A stretch of DNA of 62,986 nucleotides, counting the filler, from Ministeria vibrans ATCC 50519 (taxonomy: Eukaryota; Protista; Filasterea): assembly GCA_943704425.1 (NCBI GenBank). It is 7 parts of 7 records of this genome, joined end to end, with 100 filler letters (N's around TTAATTAATTAA, not from the genome) between each part and the next. Parts side by side here need not be neighbours in the genome. Positions count along the whole stretch, not along the records: positions 1 to 19,095 come from CALSCP010001542.1; 6 more parts are not named here. One strand, given 5' to 3'. Below, one piece after another: positions 1-11,762 of this stretch. Positions within the stretch are counted from its first letter, which is position 1. Each line of letters begins with the position of its first letter. The translations under genes and the position numbers were made by a program. The notes beneath the pieces were generated by a model, which made no database searches, was not told where the DNA came from, and was given only the letters and a program-made list of their open reading frames with translations.

Positions 1-3000
1 GACGACGCACACTCGTCAACATTGGAGTCACACCGTGTGCCCGTGTAGCCGGGTCCACATGTACAACTGTATCCGTTCACGACATCCGCGCATGTTCCGC
101 CGTTGCCGCACGGCGACGACGCACACTCATCAGTGTTGGTGCTGCACGTGCTGCCAGTGTAACCTTGCACGCAAGCACACGAGAACCCAGAGACAGCATC
201 GTCACACGTTGCTCCGTTCTGGCACGGCGACGATGCACACTCGTCAATGTCAGAGGCACAGAGCGAGCCAAAAAACCCAAGCGCACACGTACAAGAGAAT
301 GAGCCAACCAAATTGCTGCATGTACCACCATTTCGACAGGGTGACGTGTCACACTCATTCATGTCGGAACCGCACAGCCCACCAGTGAACCCAGTGGTAC
401 AGTGACACACAAACTGATTTTCTCGGTCGACACAAAGCGCACCATTGAGGCAAGGCGATGACGCGCACTCATCAATACCCAACGCACACCCAACGCCAGT
501 GTAACCCTGGACGCATTCACAACTGTACCCGTACACTCCGTCGTGGCAAGTGGCGCCGTTGTGGCACGGCGATGACGAACACTCGTCAATGTTGGTGCTG
601 CAGGTGCTACCAGTGTAGCCAGCAACACACACACAAAAGTGGCTTGAGAGCGTGTCGGTGCATGTCCCACCGTTCTGACACGGCAATGAAGCGCACTCGT
701 CAATCTCCGACTCACACGACAAGCCAGTGTACCCAACATGACAGGCACACTCAAAGCTGTTCACCGCATTGATACAGGTACCATGTCGACAGGGTGACGA
801 TGCACACTCGTCCACATCCAACGTACACAACGTCCCAAAAAACCCTGACACACAGGCACACGAGAAAGACCCAAACAGATTCTTGCAAACGCCGCCATTC
901 TGACACGGTGACCCATCGCACTCGTTGACATCAACACCGCATTGAGCACCAGTAAAGTTGGAAGGGCACAAACAGCTAAAGTCGTCGTTGCCGTCGATGC
1001 ACACGGCATCGTTGAGGCAAGGAGAAGAGGCGCACTCGTCAAGATTAGACTCGCACAGCGCGCCGGTATAGCCCTCAACACATCCACAGTCGTATCCGTC
1101 AACAATGTCATCACACGACGCGCCATTCTGACACGGTGACGAGGAACACTCGTCGATGTCGGTGGCACACAATGAGCCAAAGTAACCATCTGCACACACA
1201 CACGAGAAGGACCCAGCAGTATCAATGCAGCTTGCTCCATTCTTGCATGGTGCGTCGAGGCAGAGAGATAGTGCTTGTTCACAATGAATACCAGTAAGTC
1301 CAGTCGGACAGACACACGCGTACCCGTCGTTGGAGTTTGGAGTACACACAGCCCCGTTCTGACAAGGAGAAGAGTCGCACTTGTTCAACGGTACATCGCA
1401 GTAGATTCCAGTGAAAGAGGATGCGCACACGCAACGTGGCTCGGTCAGATCGCCACTTGGCGCAACACACTTTCCCCCATTCGCACACGGCGACGAAGGA
1501 CAAGACAGAATGTCAACTGCACAGGTGTCACCAATGAATCCCGCAGTACAAGCACAAGTAAACGAAGAAACCATGTCAATGCAGGTTCCTCCATTCAGAC
1601 ACGGCGCGACAGAGCAGACAGAGACCATCGCATCGCAATGATCGCCCGTAAACCCGGTCTGGCAGGCACACGCGTACCCTGAGGTCCCATCTGGAGTGCA
1701 CACAGCCCCGTTTTGACAAGGAGAAGAGTCGCACTTGTTCAACGGTGCGCCGCAGTAGATTCCAGTAAAAGAGGATGGGCACACGCAAAATGGCTCGGTG
1801 AGTCCACCGCTAGGAGGGACGCACGTGCCGCCGTTGAGGCAGGGCGATGAAGGACAATTGAGAATGTCAAGGTCACACAAATCACCGACAAACCCTCCAA
1901 GACACGAACACGAGAAGGAAGAAACGCTATCGATGCATGTCGCACCGTTGGAGCATGGTTGAGAGCTACACGCAGAAAATGATTGGTCGCATACATCGCC
2001 CGTAAATCCAGCCGCGCATGTGCAAGCGAAAGTTTCGTTGGGCATCACACCACTGAGCGCACATGTGCCGCCATTCTTACACGGCAACGAGTCACAAGAG
2101 TCCAGCAGCGTGCCACAATAGGTGCCCGTGTACTCCGAGGGACAGGCACATGAGGCAATGGTAAATGCCGAGCCGGGAATGCATGTGCCACCGTTGAGGC
2201 ACGGTAGAAGTGGACACTTGTGGGCATCCACGGCACAGGAGGCACCGATGAACCCATCGACGCACGTACACGAGACCACGCCGCCGCCCAAGGACGTACA
2301 TGTGCCACCGTTGAAGCACGGCTGAGGATCGCAAAGATCCGTGTCAATCTCGCAAAGATCCCCCGAGTATCCCGAGTGACACTGACACGACTGCTCGTTG
2401 ACCGTCAGTGATAGAGACATATTGATGGTCGGAGGCTTGGAACACACGCCTGGGTCCACTGTCGACGAGAAGGACACCACAAGGTTGAGAGTGTTGTCGG
2501 CGCGTCGATTCGATTCAATCGTGTCAAGTAAAAGCGTAAACGATGCTGACCGGGGCTCACAGCGAGCGCCATTGCCCGCGAGTGCAACGGGCACCAGAAC
2601 TGTACGATGTTGGCCATCTTCAGAGACCGCCTCGACAGTCGCGAAATCGGATAGTACGTCAAAATCGGCGCCAGTCGTCGACAAGGTAAGCGTCCCGTTA
2701 CCAACAAAAGAGGCAGTAGGCAATTGAAACACTCCAAAGTGTTCAAGCGAGTAAAAGGCATGCGAAAAGGTCAACGATTGCTCTACAAGGGTGTCGGAAT
2801 GACATACACCCCTTAAGGGAGGGCAGGGATTCGAGAGGGCACAATGATCTATACGGTCACACAGCGCACCAGACACCGACTGTGAACAGGCACACTCAAA
2901 AGCGGCCTCACTCACAACCACGCAGGTGCTGCTGTGGTGGCATGGCGAGGAAAAGCACTACACAAACAAAACAAATTTTAGTGCAAACAAAAAAAATAAC

Positions 3001-5835
3001 AAATAACAAAAAAAAAAAAACAAAAGTTTGGTAAAATTATACTGGTGAAAGTGGACTCTCGCAGAGCGTTCCCGTGCGAGTTGCAGGGCATTCACAGGCA
3101 AACACAGTGGTGCCAAGTTGTGGGACGCACGTGGCGGAGTCGTGGCATGGGGCTTGAGAGCAAGGGTTGATGAGAAAGGCGCAGGTAGAACCGATATGAG
3201 ATGGAGGACAGGCACAGGTGAACAGGCTCGCGTCCAGTGACGTGCAAGTACCACCGTTGGCACATGGGGACGAGTCGCAGGCGGTGGTGGGCTGTGAGCA
3301 ATCGATGCCATGGAAGTTGGGCGGACACACACACGTGTAGGAGGCGTCAATGGGGTAGGAGACAGACATTTGCACGGTGGGGCTAGAGCACACAACGGCA
3401 TCAACAGCGGCCGACGAAGTGAGGACGACGCTAAGCGACGACGCATTGCCACGGATCAATTCAAAATGAGCGGCCGAAAGAAAGAGTGACTCGGGACGCG
3501 GAATACAATCAAGTCCGGTAGACGATGTGAACAGTACACGTGTCTCGGAGCCCGCAGTGAGTGTCATGAACTCAAGAGGATCCCGCAAATCGGCCGCTGC
3601 CACAGTAGTCACTTCCACAGTGCCATACTCGGCGCGAGGCAGAGTCTGACGATCCAGCACAAAGACAACAATGGGCGCCCAGCTTTTCGTTTCAGAGTGA
3701 ACTGCATATGGTGACCCCATCACACACGTGCCTTGACTGCCGCACGGTGAAGAAGCGCACTAATCAAACGTGAGAGTCAGCAAGTGTGTTTTCTGTTCCT
3801 TTTTTGTTTGTTTGTTTTCTCTACTAGATCAATGACTTCGCAGAAAGACCCTGAGCGATCGGAAGGGCAGGCACAGGAGAAAGGAAAAGCAGACCCAGGA
3901 AGAGGCACATTGGAGCAGGTGGCGGAAGGGTGACAGGGAAAGGTGGCGCAGGGATCGACCAGAACATCGCACAGAGAGCCGCTGTATGCAGCGACACAAG
4001 CGCATTGGGCGGTATCATTGCCCGCGGCGTCGGAGGAGCATGTGCCGCCATTAAGACAGGTGATAGCATCACAGGGGTCTGGAATGAGAGACTCGCAGGT
4101 GGTGCCGGTGATACCTGGTGCGCAGGTGCAGGTGAAGGCGTCGTTGGCGGGCGTGGGTGTGCAGGTGCCTGCGTGGGCACATGGAAAGGAATCACAGACG
4201 CCCACAGGTTGCTCGCAGAAGGGACCGATGAAACCGATGGGACAGGAGCAGAGAGCGTCCGGAGAGATGTCGTAGGAGAGTGAGACGATGAGGGCGGAGA
4301 GGCCCGAGCGACAGAGGGGCGTCGAGAGCACAGACGACGAGGGCACAATGGTGAGGAAGACGGATGCGTCGGCGTTGTCGGCAAGACGCACAAGCTGTTC
4401 GTGCGAAAGCACAATGGTTTCGCTGAGCTGGGTACAGCGGGTGGTGGGGCTCTGGAAAAAAGTCGCCAAGAGAACGCTGGGGCCACCAGAGAGCAAAGGG
4501 TCAGCGTAAACTGTGACGAACTCGGAGGCAAGAGCAATGTTGCTGGAGAGCACCGTGAGTGAGAGAGTAGCCACCGACGCATTCGCATGAGGAAGATCCA
4601 TTTCAGCGAGGGGAAAGACCGTCTTGTAGACGATCGGGGCGTTGACCGGCGAGAACTGGCTCGTTTGCGTCTGTACCACGGAGCCCAGTGTGCAAGTGGC
4701 TCCATGTTGGCATGGCGACGACGCGCACACATCAGGTTGAGCACAAAGCGTGCCCGCATAGCCCGAGGGACACACGCACGTGTACACTCCCAGCAGTGCA
4801 TCGTTGTGACATGTGCCCACGCCACATGGTGATGATGCACACTACAAGAAATGAATAGATGAAAATGAGAATGGTTAGTTTAGTGTTTGATACCATGTCG
4901 GTTGAGATGTCACAGAGAGCGCCAGTGAAGTCGGCGGGACAAAGGCACTGAAAGGAGTTGGACGAGATGGAGACGCAAGTGCCATAGAAGCAGGGGGAGG
5001 AAAGACACGCGTCGACGGGCACGTCACAGAAGGTGCCTGTGAATTCGGCGGTACAGGTGCACACGGGGGAGGGCGAGCCGACTGGGAGAGAGCAAACTCC
5101 ACCGTTTGCACAAGGATTGGAAAGGCACTCCAAGGGTGTCTCGCACGATAGGCCTGTGGTACTGCTTGGACATGCGCATGCCGCAGTTGGAATGGTCGTT
5201 GATGTGCGAATGGTCAGATCGACATACGATGACGGACAAGTGCTCAGTAGTACATCTGCCGAATACGAAATGACGATTTCGAGCGTCTGACCGCCAACAA
5301 GCGTGCCGGCCTTGAGGACAGTTGAGCTGTTGAAGAGTTCGCTGCAGTCGCTGCCGGGCTGGTCAAATGCGACAAAGTCTGCTTCGGGGTGAGCGGGAAA
5401 GGCAACCATTGCAAATTCGCCGTCGCCCCCAAAATCCCCTTTTGCACTCAGCTGAACGGTCGCGGCGGCCAGCGAATCGACATCGCTGGGAACAACAAAC
5501 TCAAAGGTGTGCTTTGTGGAGCCATTGGGGCCTAAGGGAAGTGTTTTGAGTGACATGCGCGAGAAAAAATTTAACGATATCTCACCTAACTTTGAACCGA
5601 CAAGATTCGGTCCTGCGACGTCTAGGACGCATTCGGCGCCGTGATAACACGTTTGGTGCACGCATGGGTCCTGTATGTGGCAGGCGACGCCGCGAAACCC
5701 CGTAGGGCACTCACAGACGTCAGTCGCGACGAGACAAGTTCCGCCGTTCGCACACGGCGTATCGCACGCGGACGCCAGCTGCAGCCCGCCGCTCACGATA
5801 ACCAAGGCCGACAGCAAAGTGCCAAGGTGGAGCAT
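1..5835 (-). CDS. Large secreted/surface EGF-repeat protein (3' part runs off the window)
   Basis: Signal peptide MLHLGTLLSALVIVSGGLQLASA from ATG 5835. Exons ~5835-4894, 4841-3825, ~3760-3043 and 2957-<1, joined by phase-0 GT-AG introns. Many EGF/cbEGF units (DECASSPCxNGGTC...CxCxxGxxGxxC). The last frame is open to position 1, which is why it is absent from the ORF track. Confidence 0.85.
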
Positions 5836-6054
5836 GTCGCACAGGAATCTCAATAGGAGAAAAAATAGTTACAGAATTGAGAATTCTCTATTTATTTGAC
5901 TATTGTAGGACTGAGAAGTGTTGAAAATATTTTTTGTATATTTTTTTTTTTTTGCTTCCTTGCTTTTGTTCTGTTCAAGTTGTAGCACCTTCATCGCCAC
6001 TCGTTTGTCTATCTATCGCGCTTGTGTTGAGACTGTGTTTAAAAAAAAACCAAA

Positions 6055-7448
6055 ATGTTTGAAGAGTTGAGACGAATGTCAAAGCGGCAGGTAAGCAGCC
6101 AGCTGGGGTGTGTGTGGTGGGGTAGACCCCGCTTGGCGCCTCGTCTGACCGTCCTTTCCTTTTCTTTTCTTCTCTTCTCTCCTTTTTTTTTTTTTTTGTG
6201 TTATGGNNNNNNNNNNCGTAGGAGGGGGTGGTGCGGTTGCCCTGGTCGTTTGCGATGATGGTGACTTGGTTGTTTTCGTAGACACCTTTTTTGTGTTATG
6301 GGGTTCAGATTGCGCTTCAAATTCTCAATTTTGGAATGATTGTGAGCTCTGCGCTGATGATCTGGAAGGGTCTGATGGTTGTGACGGGCAGCGAGAGTCC
6401 GATTGTGGTGGTGCTGAGCGGCAGCATGGAGCCGGCCTTCTACCGTGGCGATCTTTTGTTCCTGACCAACTTTGAGCATGAGCCCATTGTGGCGGGTGAG
6501 GTGATTGTCTTTAAGATCCGCGGACGCGACATTCCCATTGTGCACCGCGTGTTGAAGGTGCACGACAAGTAAGTGGTGGTCCAGTGTTGGGTGGGCGTGG
6601 GAGTGGGAGTGCGAGGGACGGCACAGAGACACTCAGACACACACACACACTCTCTCTCTATCACTTTGACACTATCACTTGTTTTATCGCTTTGTACTTG
6701 TTTTATCGCTTGTTTCTATCACTTGTTTTATCACTTGTTTTCTGTCACTTGTTTCTCTCACTTGTTTCCATCACTTGTTCCTATCACTTGTTTCTACCAC
6801 TTGTTTCTATCACTTGTCTCTATCACTTGTTTCTGCCACTTGTGTTAATCACTGCATTTCTCTCTCTCTCTCAAAACTCTCTCTCTCTCTCAAACTCTCT
6901 CTCAAACTCTCTCTCAAACTCTCAAACTCTCAAACTCTCAAACTCTCAAACTCTCAAACTCTCTCTCTCTCTCAAACTCTCTCAAACTCTCAAACTCTCA
7001 AACTCTCAAACTCTCAAACTCTCAAACTCTCTGTCTCTCAGACTCTCAAACTCTCTCTCTCTCTCAAACTCTCAAACTCTCTCTCAAACTCTCAAACTCT
7101 CAAACTTTCTCAAACTCTCAAACTCTTTCTTTCTCTTTGTGTGTAGCAACGGCACATTGAATTTCCTGACCAAAGGCGATAACAACGCCGTGGATGATCG
7201 TGGTCTCTATGCTCGTGGTCAAATGTGGCTCACCAAAGAGGATGTGGTCGGCAGAGCGCGAGTGTAAGTTTTCTTGTTTTATTGTTTATTCTAACTCCTC
7301 TCTCACTCTTTGTCACTCTCTCTTTCTGTCTCCTCTCAGGTTTGTTCCGTACATTGGCGTCGTGACCATTCTCATGAATCTGTATCCTCAGCTTAAGTTT
7401 GTCCTTCTTGCGGGTCTCGGAGTATTCGTTCTGGTGAACAGAGAGTAA
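6055..7448 (+). CDS. SEC11: Signal peptidase complex catalytic subunit SEC11 (S26B)
   Basis: Four spliced exons: [12 protein letters not shown] / IALQILNFG...[25 protein letters not shown]...IPIVHRV / [16 protein letters not shown] / [13 protein letters not shown]. Catalytic Ser and His motifs are intact. Confidence 0.95.
6655..7125 (+). repeat. Intronic minisatellites: ~13-nt TATCACTTGTTTC array followed by 8-nt CTCAAACT array
   Basis: Directly visible tandem units inside SEC11 intron 2. Confidence 0.9.
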
Positions 7449-7648
7449 CGCCCAAATTCAAATCCGAGTTGTACAAAATACAAAAAAGAAACACTTATAT
7501 TCTTATAATTTTATTAAAATCTGATAAAGAGGAAGGCGATTCTCTGGACCTTTTTTGTGTGGATAAAATAAGAATAACAATAACAATAAAAATAATGATA
7601 TTATTAAATTATTCTGCACTCGTCTTATCACACATTCTTTGGTTGCGC

Positions 7649-9130
7649 TCAATCAAGGTCGGGCAACGTATTCGTTGTGGTCGTCGAGGAGACGTTGTGA
7701 GAGAAGTTCTCGGTGCGGGCGCGGAGGACGGGCACGGGAAGGAAGCCCAGGTCCGGATGGCGCTTGCAGTAGTGGTAGCGGAAGCCGTCCTCGGCACACT
7801 GAATTGCCGTCGTCAGCACCCGACGCACGTACTGCTCGATTTCAGGGTTTTTCTCAAACTCCTCGTGGTAGTTCATGAGCGGCACCACGTTGGACGGGCG
7901 GATTCCAGTGCGCTTGGCCACTTCAAGGCGCATTTTGTGGACGCGCGGGAGAGTCCACATCAGCGAAGGGGTCTATGAATCGTGGTTTGTCTCGTCAGTC
8001 TTGTCTCTCTCCTTCTTTCTCTTTTCGATTTGGTTTACCTTGCGGATTTCAGGGATTTCGAGATCCATGCGGCTCAGAACGAGCATAGTGGGAATGCCTG
8101 TGACACCGAAAAAAGAAGAAAAAAAAGATCAAAAAAGTGCGGGGAAAAAAATGACACAAAAATTGTTTTTTTTTTTTTCCTACGCAGTCTGCGCGCCTCG
8201 TTGATGAACGCATTGAGGCGCGTGTACTCCTCGGTGTTGTCAAAGGCGGTGGCGTTAAGAAAGAAAATGACCACATCAATCTTGTTCTCATCGCTCATTC
8301 CCGAGGTGATCTTCTCCATCGTCTCCGCCTCAGTATTTGTCCATCCGTCGGGTGCACGTCCCTTCAAGATGGTCGGGAACTCGCTTTTGACATAGTTGTT
8401 CAGGTGGTAGCCCCACGAGTCCCACAGGCGAAGAGCCGGAGCAATACTGTAGCTACAATCAATAAAAATAAGCATATAAATTATAATTATGTCTTCTATG
8501 TTGTTTCTTCTTCATCATTGAAATAATTATATAACTAATGATCTTACCTCTCAAGTGTTTTGGTAATGCCGTCATTGGACACTTGGCCTGAGACGTACGC
8601 AGACTGGCGCAGAAATTCTTCTTCGGGATGTACTGACGAGTCGAACGTGCTGACGCTCTCTGATTTCCCCGATCCGTACGATCCAAACAGCAAAGCGTTG
8701 ATCCGCGATCTTCCGTTGAGTTTTGCAAATATCGGTCGTGCGTTCATAACTTCGGCAGCTGTTGGCATTGACGGAATCTAACATATAATCATAAAGTCAA
8801 AAAAAAAAAAAAAAAAAAAAAAAAAACGAGAGTCGGAAGGACGAAAAAAATTATTATTATTATGAAAAATAATAATCAAAAAAGAACGAGTCGACGGTCG
8901 GAAGGACGAAAAGTAAAAGCTTACGGAATACACTTTGTCTGAGTCTTTGGCTGTGGATGAGGGTGGTGCAGTCGTAGAAGACTCGGCAGCAGAAGGCTTA
9001 GGAGAGTCCGGAAGCGTCTCGTCATCGGCCACGAATTCGGGCTGGCGGGTAAATGCTGGTCAGAGTGCTGCGCGTGCAATAGCGGCGCTATTTTATGGCG
9101 TACCACGTCGACTTCTTTGGTGTCAGACAT
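7649..9130 (-). CDS. IFI44/IFI44L-like P-loop GTPase, copy 1
   Basis: Six exons from ATG 9130. INALLFGSYGSGKS (Walker A), LRLWDSWG (G3), IDVVIFFLNA, IPTMLVLSRMD (G4-like) and C-terminal GIRPSNVVPLMNYHEE...AIQCAED, matching the motif order of IFI44-family GTPase domains. Confidence 0.7.
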
Positions 9131-10008
9131 TGTAGATGGCGTGTTTGAAATTTTGGTGCGAGTGATGAAAAAGAATAAAAAAAAAGTGAATTTGAATTTG
9201 AAAGACGTAAAAAAAATAGTGAATAGTCCTTGGGTCGAAGATCATTAATTTTTCACAGACAGTTGTTTTTTGCTTGACCAGCAATCGGTGACGCAATCAA
9301 AAGTCACCCTCAAAAAGCAACAGTTGGGTCTGTGCAGTGTGTTTGAATATAATGACTGATAGATACCTCGATGTTAGCTTCTAGCGTAGCCAACGGAACA
9401 GAACGTAAAGACTTGCGCGCGCGCCATCTTTTGAGTTGTGTACTTCTCGTTAATGCATTATTTCTTCTCTTTCAGAAGACTTTTTATTCCTATTAATATT
9501 ATATGGGCGATCCATCTTTTCGGGGTCACTTAGCGTATGGCGGAAGCATTAATAACTCCTTGAGTAAATGTAATAATAACTATTATTATTATCATATTTT
9601 ACGCCTAATCCAGTATTGTGTTGTATTCTTCTTCTTCTTAACAAATGTTGTGTTCTTTTATTCTCTGTGCGGCTATTGAACGGAGTTTGAGCATGATAAT
9701 AGACCAAGAAACAAAATGCTGTGAAGACTCGTGGGAACAGTACCAAGCAGAAGATACGTGCAGGTGATTGACAGAAATAATCTCCCGCTTGACGTGACTA
9801 ATTGATTGAAAAAAAGAGAAATGAAATAAAACAATGAAAAGCTTCTGCCATAGATATAGATGTAGACGACAGTGTTTTGCCAGTGCTATACTTCAATATT
9901 CTAATTGTACTAATAATAATAGTAATTAAAAGGAATAAATGAAGTGAAAAGTTTACTCAAATAATAATAATAACAATAATAATACGTCTTTTATCTTCAC
10001 TAAGAAAA

Positions 10009-10949
10009 CTAGTAGTCTTCATACTTGGGCGGTCCACCATGGTGCTTGCTGCGGCTCTTGGAAGGCGATGGAACCGCTGAGGAGGGTTCCATGTTGATGT
10101 CTTGGAGGTCAACCTCCCACAGCCTGTCTGCCGGCAGGTGAGCAATGTCGTCGTTGAGCTTGGCAAACTGGCGACGGAGACCTTCCTCTGCAGCTTGGAG
10201 TGCTCTCTGTGCCACCAGCAGTGTCTGTCCGTCAATGTGGTCGTTTCTTTGCGACTCCATGTAGTATGACATGTGCGGCAACACATAGTTGGGGTTCACG
10301 CCCGTCTTCGTCGAGACGTGCATACGTGCTTCTCGGATGGTCGGCGAGGTCCAAACGCTGGCAGGGTCCTAATTGAAAAGCAATCGTAATAAGAAGAATT
10401 GAATATTAATTATAATTATTAATAATAATAATTATAATAATTATTATTATAATAAGGATTATTATAATAACAAATAAAATATTATTGTAATATTATTCAG
10501 GGCTGTTCTTACCTCTCGAACGTTCTCGTCAATCTTGTCCACCTTGCTGAGAACAACAATGATGCCGGGCGGGAAGGCTGTCAAAAAAGAATGATCAAAG
10601 AAGAATGAGAAAACATCAACCTCTGTCGTTTGTTTTTTTTGTTTTTACGCAAGTTGCGGGTGCTCTTGATGAACTCATGCACGCGCTCGTACGACTTATC
10701 CTCCGTGTAATTTTCAGATGCGATGAAGAAAATGACGCAGTGCATGCGACTAAGGTGCAAAAACTGCGGCGGAGACAGGTCCTCGGAGCTGTCGTCTCCT
10801 TCGGCGCGCAAGCGCTTCCATCCGTCCGGCGCCAGCCCCTTGCACTTGGCCATAAATTCGGCCTTTTTGTAGTTGTCTTGGTTGTAGCCCCATGTGTCGT
10901 ACATACGCAGCGTGCTTGTCAGGCGGTAGCTAAGCAAATTATCAATCAA

Positions 10950-11002
<53 letters not shown>

Positions 11003-11381
11003 TTAATTTTTCCGTCCTCGTCTCGCTTTCTCTTTTTTTTCTGTACCTCTCAAACTCCGATGTAAACGGAACTGACGAGGGTGTCTCCGGAGTGCATGAG
11101 GAGGGTGCTGTGTTGCGGAGGTGATCCGTCTCTTCGGGATGAACGGCGGTGTCGACAGTCGACACAAACTCGCTCTTTCCTGCATTGACTTCGCCCATGA
11201 GCAGCACGTTGAGAACGCCCACACCGGTGAGGCGTCCATACAGCGGCTTAAAATCCATAATGGATGAGGCGGTGGGGAGCTGAGGATTCGTGGAAGGCTA
11301 CCGAGTGCGGGAGAAGAAAAAAGGGGGGAAACCCCACCAAGAGGTGAGACGAGTATGTGAAGCGAGAGCAAAGCATACCAT
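10009..11381 (-). CDS. IFI44/IFI44L-like P-loop GTPase, copy 2
   Basis: Paralog of copy 1 with matching intron positions: LNVLLMGEVNAGKS, LRMYDTWG, MHCVIFFIAS, IIVVLSKVD, GVNPNYVLPHMSY. The start is probably a lone ATG at 11381 followed by a GTATGC intron. Confidence 0.7.
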
Positions 11382-11762
11382 TGGGTGTAGATGATTGGTT
11401 CTGTTGAGATGTGCACTTGTGAAAGGTTTTAAAGAAAAAAAATGATTGAAATTGGTGAATAAAATGTGTGTAAAAAAGGAAATGAATTTTCGGCCAGGAA
11501 ATAATCACACGAGCCGACCCAAATTCGTCCCAAGAGGTTAAACACAGATAAATTGGATTTTAGTCTTATTTTTTCTTGCTTTGTGAATTTTCAGCTTATC
11601 GTCATACACCATGGTGACAGAGCCTGATCATACACAGGTCATTTCAGACGCCAAAGTCGCAATGGTTCGGAATACTGTTTTTCTTTTTTGTCGGACGGTT
11701 GAGCCGCTCGCACAACTCAATATTTCGACTCTGTTTGCGCGTAGAACAGCGTAATATTATTA

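Noticed and set aside
1-2957. Apparent absence of a long ORF over the EGF array, suggesting stop-codon reassignment
   Set aside because: The frame appears open wherever I translated it and simply runs off the window. Genes here end normally in TAA, TAG and TGA.
6660-7125. Regularly spaced repeats resembling a CRISPR or telomeric array
   Set aside because: No unique spacers and no cas genes; the array lies inside a spliceosomal intron.
6573-7267. ORFs such as [10 protein letters not shown]... and other poly-I/Y/CV/SL ORFs
   Set aside because: Translations of intronic mini- and microsatellites.
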